Shown in pieces: positions 58,300-64,000 of a stretch of DNA of 64,000 nucleotides (positions are counted from its first letter, which is position 1; each line of letters begins with the position of its first letter). The position numbers and the translations under genes are program-made. The notes under the pieces are model-generated. The model searched no databases. It saw only the letters and a program-made list of their open reading frames with translations, and had not been told where the DNA came from. Source of the stretch: the human T2T-CHM13v2.0 reference genome, Homo sapiens; the NCBI RefSeq assembly GCF_009914755.1, contig NC_060932.1. One strand, given 5' to 3'.

Positions 58300-58560
58300 G
58301 CTACCTAAAGGAAATTAAGATACATCCTTTTGCGGGTGGAAGAGTGAGCTTGAGAGATGAAGAGAATGAGACATGACAGGAAAATAGTCACCTACACCCA
58401 GTAACGAAAACTACACTCCAAACTTTTCCTCTCAGTGCCTCTAAACGGTCATGGTTTATCTGCACCTTGGCTAGTTATTATCTCACATGTGCCTAAGGAT
58501 TTGTTAACTTTAACAACAACAACAACAAAACATTATTATACTTCTAACATTTCATCCTTT

Positions 58561-59288
58561 TGAAACCGCCTTTGCAAAATTATAACTGAGGAAATTATGA
58601 CCGTGAAAGAAATCAGACCTAACCGACTCCATCTTGCTTCTAACCCTTAAGCTGTCCTTGTTCATTCCTGGCTGTAGACCAAACTAGCTTTGGGAAGGAA
58701 TTCAGTTTACGGTTTGAATCTGAAACAAAACTGATGGCAGACCTTTCTGGAAAAGACCTCCTTCTTCTCTGGGGTCGAGACTGCTTTTGCAGGACTAACA
58801 AATTAGCTTAGAAATTATAGTTTAGGGGTCACGCAGCCTCTGGCTCCAAAAGCCTGAACCTTCCCAGATTGCTCCTTGGGGTAACATCACTATTGTAAAA
58901 CCTACAGTGCTTGAGCATCAGTGCTTGAGATATTTTGCACACTCTGCACTGGATGGATCAGCTGACACCACCCAGACTGGTAATGTGGCCCAACCAGTCC
59001 TGCCATCATACCCAGGAACAGAAGAACCAAGAAAAACTCACTTCCACCCCCTATGATTCCATCTCCAACCTGACCAATCAGCACTCCCCACTTCCCAAGC
59101 CCCTACCTGCCAAATTATCTTTAAGAACTCTGATCCCCGAATGCTCGGGGAGACTGATTGAGTAATAATAAAACTCCAGTCTCCCGCACAGCCAGCTCTG
59201 CCTTCATTACTCTTTCATTGCAATTCCCCTGTCTTGATAAATCAGCTCTGTCTAGGCAGCAGGCGAGGTGAACCCATTGGACGGTTAT
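58561..59288 (+). mobile_element. LTR8 ERV1 solo LTR
   Basis: tgaaaccgcctttgcaaaattataactgag...aaccgactccatcttgcttctaacc...gaacccattggacggtta. Confidence 0.88.
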
Positions 59289-59792
59289 GCCCTTTTGACT
59301 TTCTCTCATGAAACTAGTAATTTTCTGGGACAAAGAAAGTACTTGACTGGCATTACCACGCAGTGGCTCTGCACCAATTTCAGCTTCCCTTCCATGTCAC
59401 AGCACCCTTAAAGTCATGCAGTCCAGCTCTGTGTAATCCTTTACCGAGAGCATATGACAGCAGAGCACAAACCCAGAGCATTCCAAGAAACTCATCCTGG
59501 GCACAAGAAGGGCTAGAAATGAAAATTATTTTGATTGAGGAACTCTGACGTCATTGTCATTCTTATAAAGGTATCTGCTTTCTGTTCAATGGTTTACAGA
59601 GCAGAGAGGACTGGACAATTGCCAGAACCACCGCTTCTTTCTGTTGTTCTTACTCTTAGACAACACGAATTAGGAGACCCCAACATCTTTGGTTTGTATC
59701 CAGAAATTTAGACAGAACAATCAGGGACAGTGATGTTTATATCTCAATCAACAGCTTTCCAAAAATTATTAATGACATAAGCTTATGTGTTA

Positions 59793-60146
<354 letters not shown>

Positions 60147-61737
60147 CTATTGACATAGAGGCAGGAGACCTGTGTTCTAATGCAATTCCAGCCCTGGCCC
60201 TAGCACTGTACTGTGCCATTTTGATAAAAATATTTTCTCCATCAGGACTTTACTTTTCTGGGTTGTAAAATAGATGAGTTGCACTAAATTATTTGAATGG
60301 TTTATCTCTCATAGGCCACTATTGCATGATTTTGCCTATGTGTCAAAAGACATTAGATTCAGGACAATTTAAAGGTCTGTAAAACATTTAGCTGGATTTT
60401 TCATAGAAAAAGTAGCTATCAATCAGATACCTCTGCACAGTCATTTGATTCTTACTTTGTGTTTGTTTGCATTAGTGAATATGAGCAAAACAGGCATTTC
60501 TGAAGCCAAAATCTAAGCATATTTTTCCTTTACAAGCCTTTTTATAATGAAAGTTTCCAAATCTTCCCAAGGTTTGTTTGCTACCTAGGGCATTTTTTTT
60601 GAAATGCTTTTGAAAATGCTTAAATACTTAAAAAATAAGGCATCATGTCCTATTAAAGCAAAGGCAATATTGTTTCTATAAAATAAATTTCATCTCTTTA
60701 GAATTGAAAAAGTTATCTTGAAGACAATAGCAACAGAATATATATCATATACTTAGCTTGAAAAATATCTCACAGGATTTCACAGCAACGGCTATTTAAA
60801 CATTTGAATTATGAGAAGGTTTTCAAGTTTGTCAAGGATGAAGAGATGGCTAAAATCAGAGGTTGGAAACTGCAGGTCAGAGCCACCTGAGGTTATTTTA
60901 GTTTGGCCCACATAGAATCTTAAGAATTCAAAAATTTCACCAAAAAAAAAGTACATTTGGGCTGCTCTTGAAAAATGGAAAAATCAGGCCACCCTGGGGA
61001 TGTTTTTCCTACTTATGCCAATCAGCAGCCTGGGTAGTGGGTGTTCTTGTTATTAGAAGCAGACAGACCAATGCCACATTCTGCATTCCCAGCACTCCCA
61101 ACTGTACCACCCCATTTATTTCTTTTATTCACATAACTTTCTGCTCCTGGAGATATTCAGGTTTTCTCTCCATGCTTTGAACATACAAACAAGAAATAAA
61201 CATTCGACTTTTATGAACGTGATCCATAGATGAGAACACAGGAATTTCTCCCCTATCATCACTTGTGGCTAGCTCTTTTAAGCTGAGAAATGCCAAACGG
61301 CCAGGGACAAACTACAAAAGACCTCCCAGGTGGCATGAGGAGGAAGGGAAATGGCAGAACAGCCTCAGTATGGCCAAGTGTTGAGGACTGACTGCATTCA
61401 GGGGAGGTAGCTTAACTACTACCCTAACATGAGCATCTCTGAGCCATGCATTGCAGAGATGCTTATGAAGACTGCAGTGGGAGTTTGAATAGCGCAGGGA
61501 AGGCCTGAAAGAGTCTCTGAGGAAAATAAGCAAGAACTGATTAGAGAAACAATGGAAAAGCTGCAGTGAGGACCCAATTGTGGTCAGGCCTACGATGGTT
61601 GAGAGGCACAAGAGCCTTAAGTGAAGGAACCTTCTCCAGCAGCCCTCACCAGCCTCAATGCAAGTGCAAAGAAAACAGGCAACGCAAGTTAGTGCTGCCT
61701 GGAGTGACAGCACTTGCGGAAATGATTCCCATTCCTT

Positions 61738-62043
<306 letters not shown>

Positions 62044-62775
62044 TCATTCCTTTAGTTGTCTCCAACTGGATGGGCCACATTCATGATGAAGCACTGATAT
62101 CAGTTTCTCCTTCTGGAAAATTATGAGGACATGTGCTACAGGGGCTACAAAATGGATCTCTGAGTGGCTACAATTCCTAAGTAGAAGCGAAAATAATTCT
62201 GGAAAGATAGACGCTCATGTGTTTGAAAATATATGGCTTAAAATGAAACAGGTCCAGAATGCAAATGCTAGAGGAAGGGTAAATTACATTTCCATATTTT
62301 TAATAGCTTTAGCACAATTGGGCATAGATATTTTACTTGATTTTTTGGATAGGTAATACAGTTATGTGATTCAAACAGCAAAAAAAAAAAAAAAAAAAAA
62401 ACCAAATCCCCCAATCCCCTTTCTCCCACTAAACACACATAGTTCTTGTTGGTTTTTTTGTTTGTTTCAGAGAAACTATATGCATATAGGAGCAAATAGA
62501 GATACATATTTTTTTCTTTCCCCTCCTTTTAAAAATAATTGAAACCATAATCTGTACTTTGCTGTACCTCGCTTCTTTTCCCCTAGCAATATGTCTTGGA
62601 AATTGTTCCCTGTTAACACACAAACAATCTACTTATTCCTTTTTACACTTATAAAGTAGCCATTGTATAAATGTATCATAATTTATTTAGTTATTTCCTT
62701 TTGATGGACATTTGGATTGTTTCCAATCAATCTTCTGCTACTACAAATAATGTGGCAATAAAAAACTTTAATATG

Positions 62776-63079
<304 letters not shown>

Positions 63080-63214
63080 TCAATATGTGCCATTATATTA
63101 TATATATATAATTGTGTATATAAATACACAGACATATACACACACACTGGCATTACTATAGAATAAAATTCTAGAATGAAATTGTCAGGGAACAAGATAC
63201 ATTCATTTGCTGTG

Positions 63215-63577
63215 CTACATATACACCATAGAATACTACGCAGCCGTAAAAAAGAACAAGATCATGTCCTTTGCGGCAATATGGGTGGAGCTGGGGCCAT
63301 TATCCTAAGCAAACTAACGCAGCAACAGAAAACCAAATCCTACATGTTCTCACTTATAAGTGGGAGCTAAAAATTGACTACACATGGACACAAAGAAGGG
63401 CACAACAGACACCAGGACCTACTTGAGGATGGAAGGTGGGAGGAGGGTGAGGATCGGAAAACTACTAAACCTATTACTTGGATAATGAAATAATCGGAGC
63501 ACCAAACCCCAGTGACATGCAATGTACTTATATAACAAACCAGCACACGTACCCCTGAACCTAAAAGCTGAAAAAAG
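63215..63577 (+). mobile_element. L1PA/PB 3' end
   Basis: catatacaccatagaatactacgcagcc...cccctgaacctaaaa; TSD-like aagatacat(t/g)catttg. Confidence 0.88.
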
Positions 63578-63780
63578 ATACATGCATTTGTGATTTTCAT
63601 AGCACTGCCAAATGGCCCTTCATAAGGCTGACAACAACTTATCCTCTTACCACTAGTGTTTAAGAGTGTCTGTTTCCCCACTGCCTCACCCAAACACATG
63701 AACAAACTTTTGAAATTATCTTGCTCCAGCAGTCTGTCCTGACTACGTATTCGTGCACTGTTAATTTGTGGTTTCCATGA

Positions 63781-64000
<220 letters not shown>

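Overview
Human (hominid) genomic DNA, recognisably chr8p22 at the NAT2 locus. The only protein-coding sequence is the intronless NAT2 ORF (5528-6400, +), preceded by the 3' part of its intron and splice acceptor; non-coding exon 1 lies upstream of the window. The haplotype reads 341C (I114T), 481T and 803G (R268), with reference bases at 191/282/590/857, i.e. the classic slow-acetylator NAT2*5B. The remaining ~57 kb is repeat-dense intergenic DNA (L1, Alu, MaLR/ERV1 LTRs, L2/MIR, DNA transposons). The other ORFs in the track are repeat-derived or chance ORFs. I see no evidence of a new gene system. The most interesting signals are structural: two candidate ancient L1 3'-transductions delimited by target-site duplications (one polyadenylated at a MaLR LTR poly(A) site), a twin-priming-type 5' inversion of an old L1, three templated-inversion scars within old L1 sequence, three short dispersed local duplications, and a unique island ~14 kb downstream of NAT2 with hepatic TF motifs. 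Repeat subfamily names come from recalled consensus sequences and boundaries are approximate unless a TSD is quoted.
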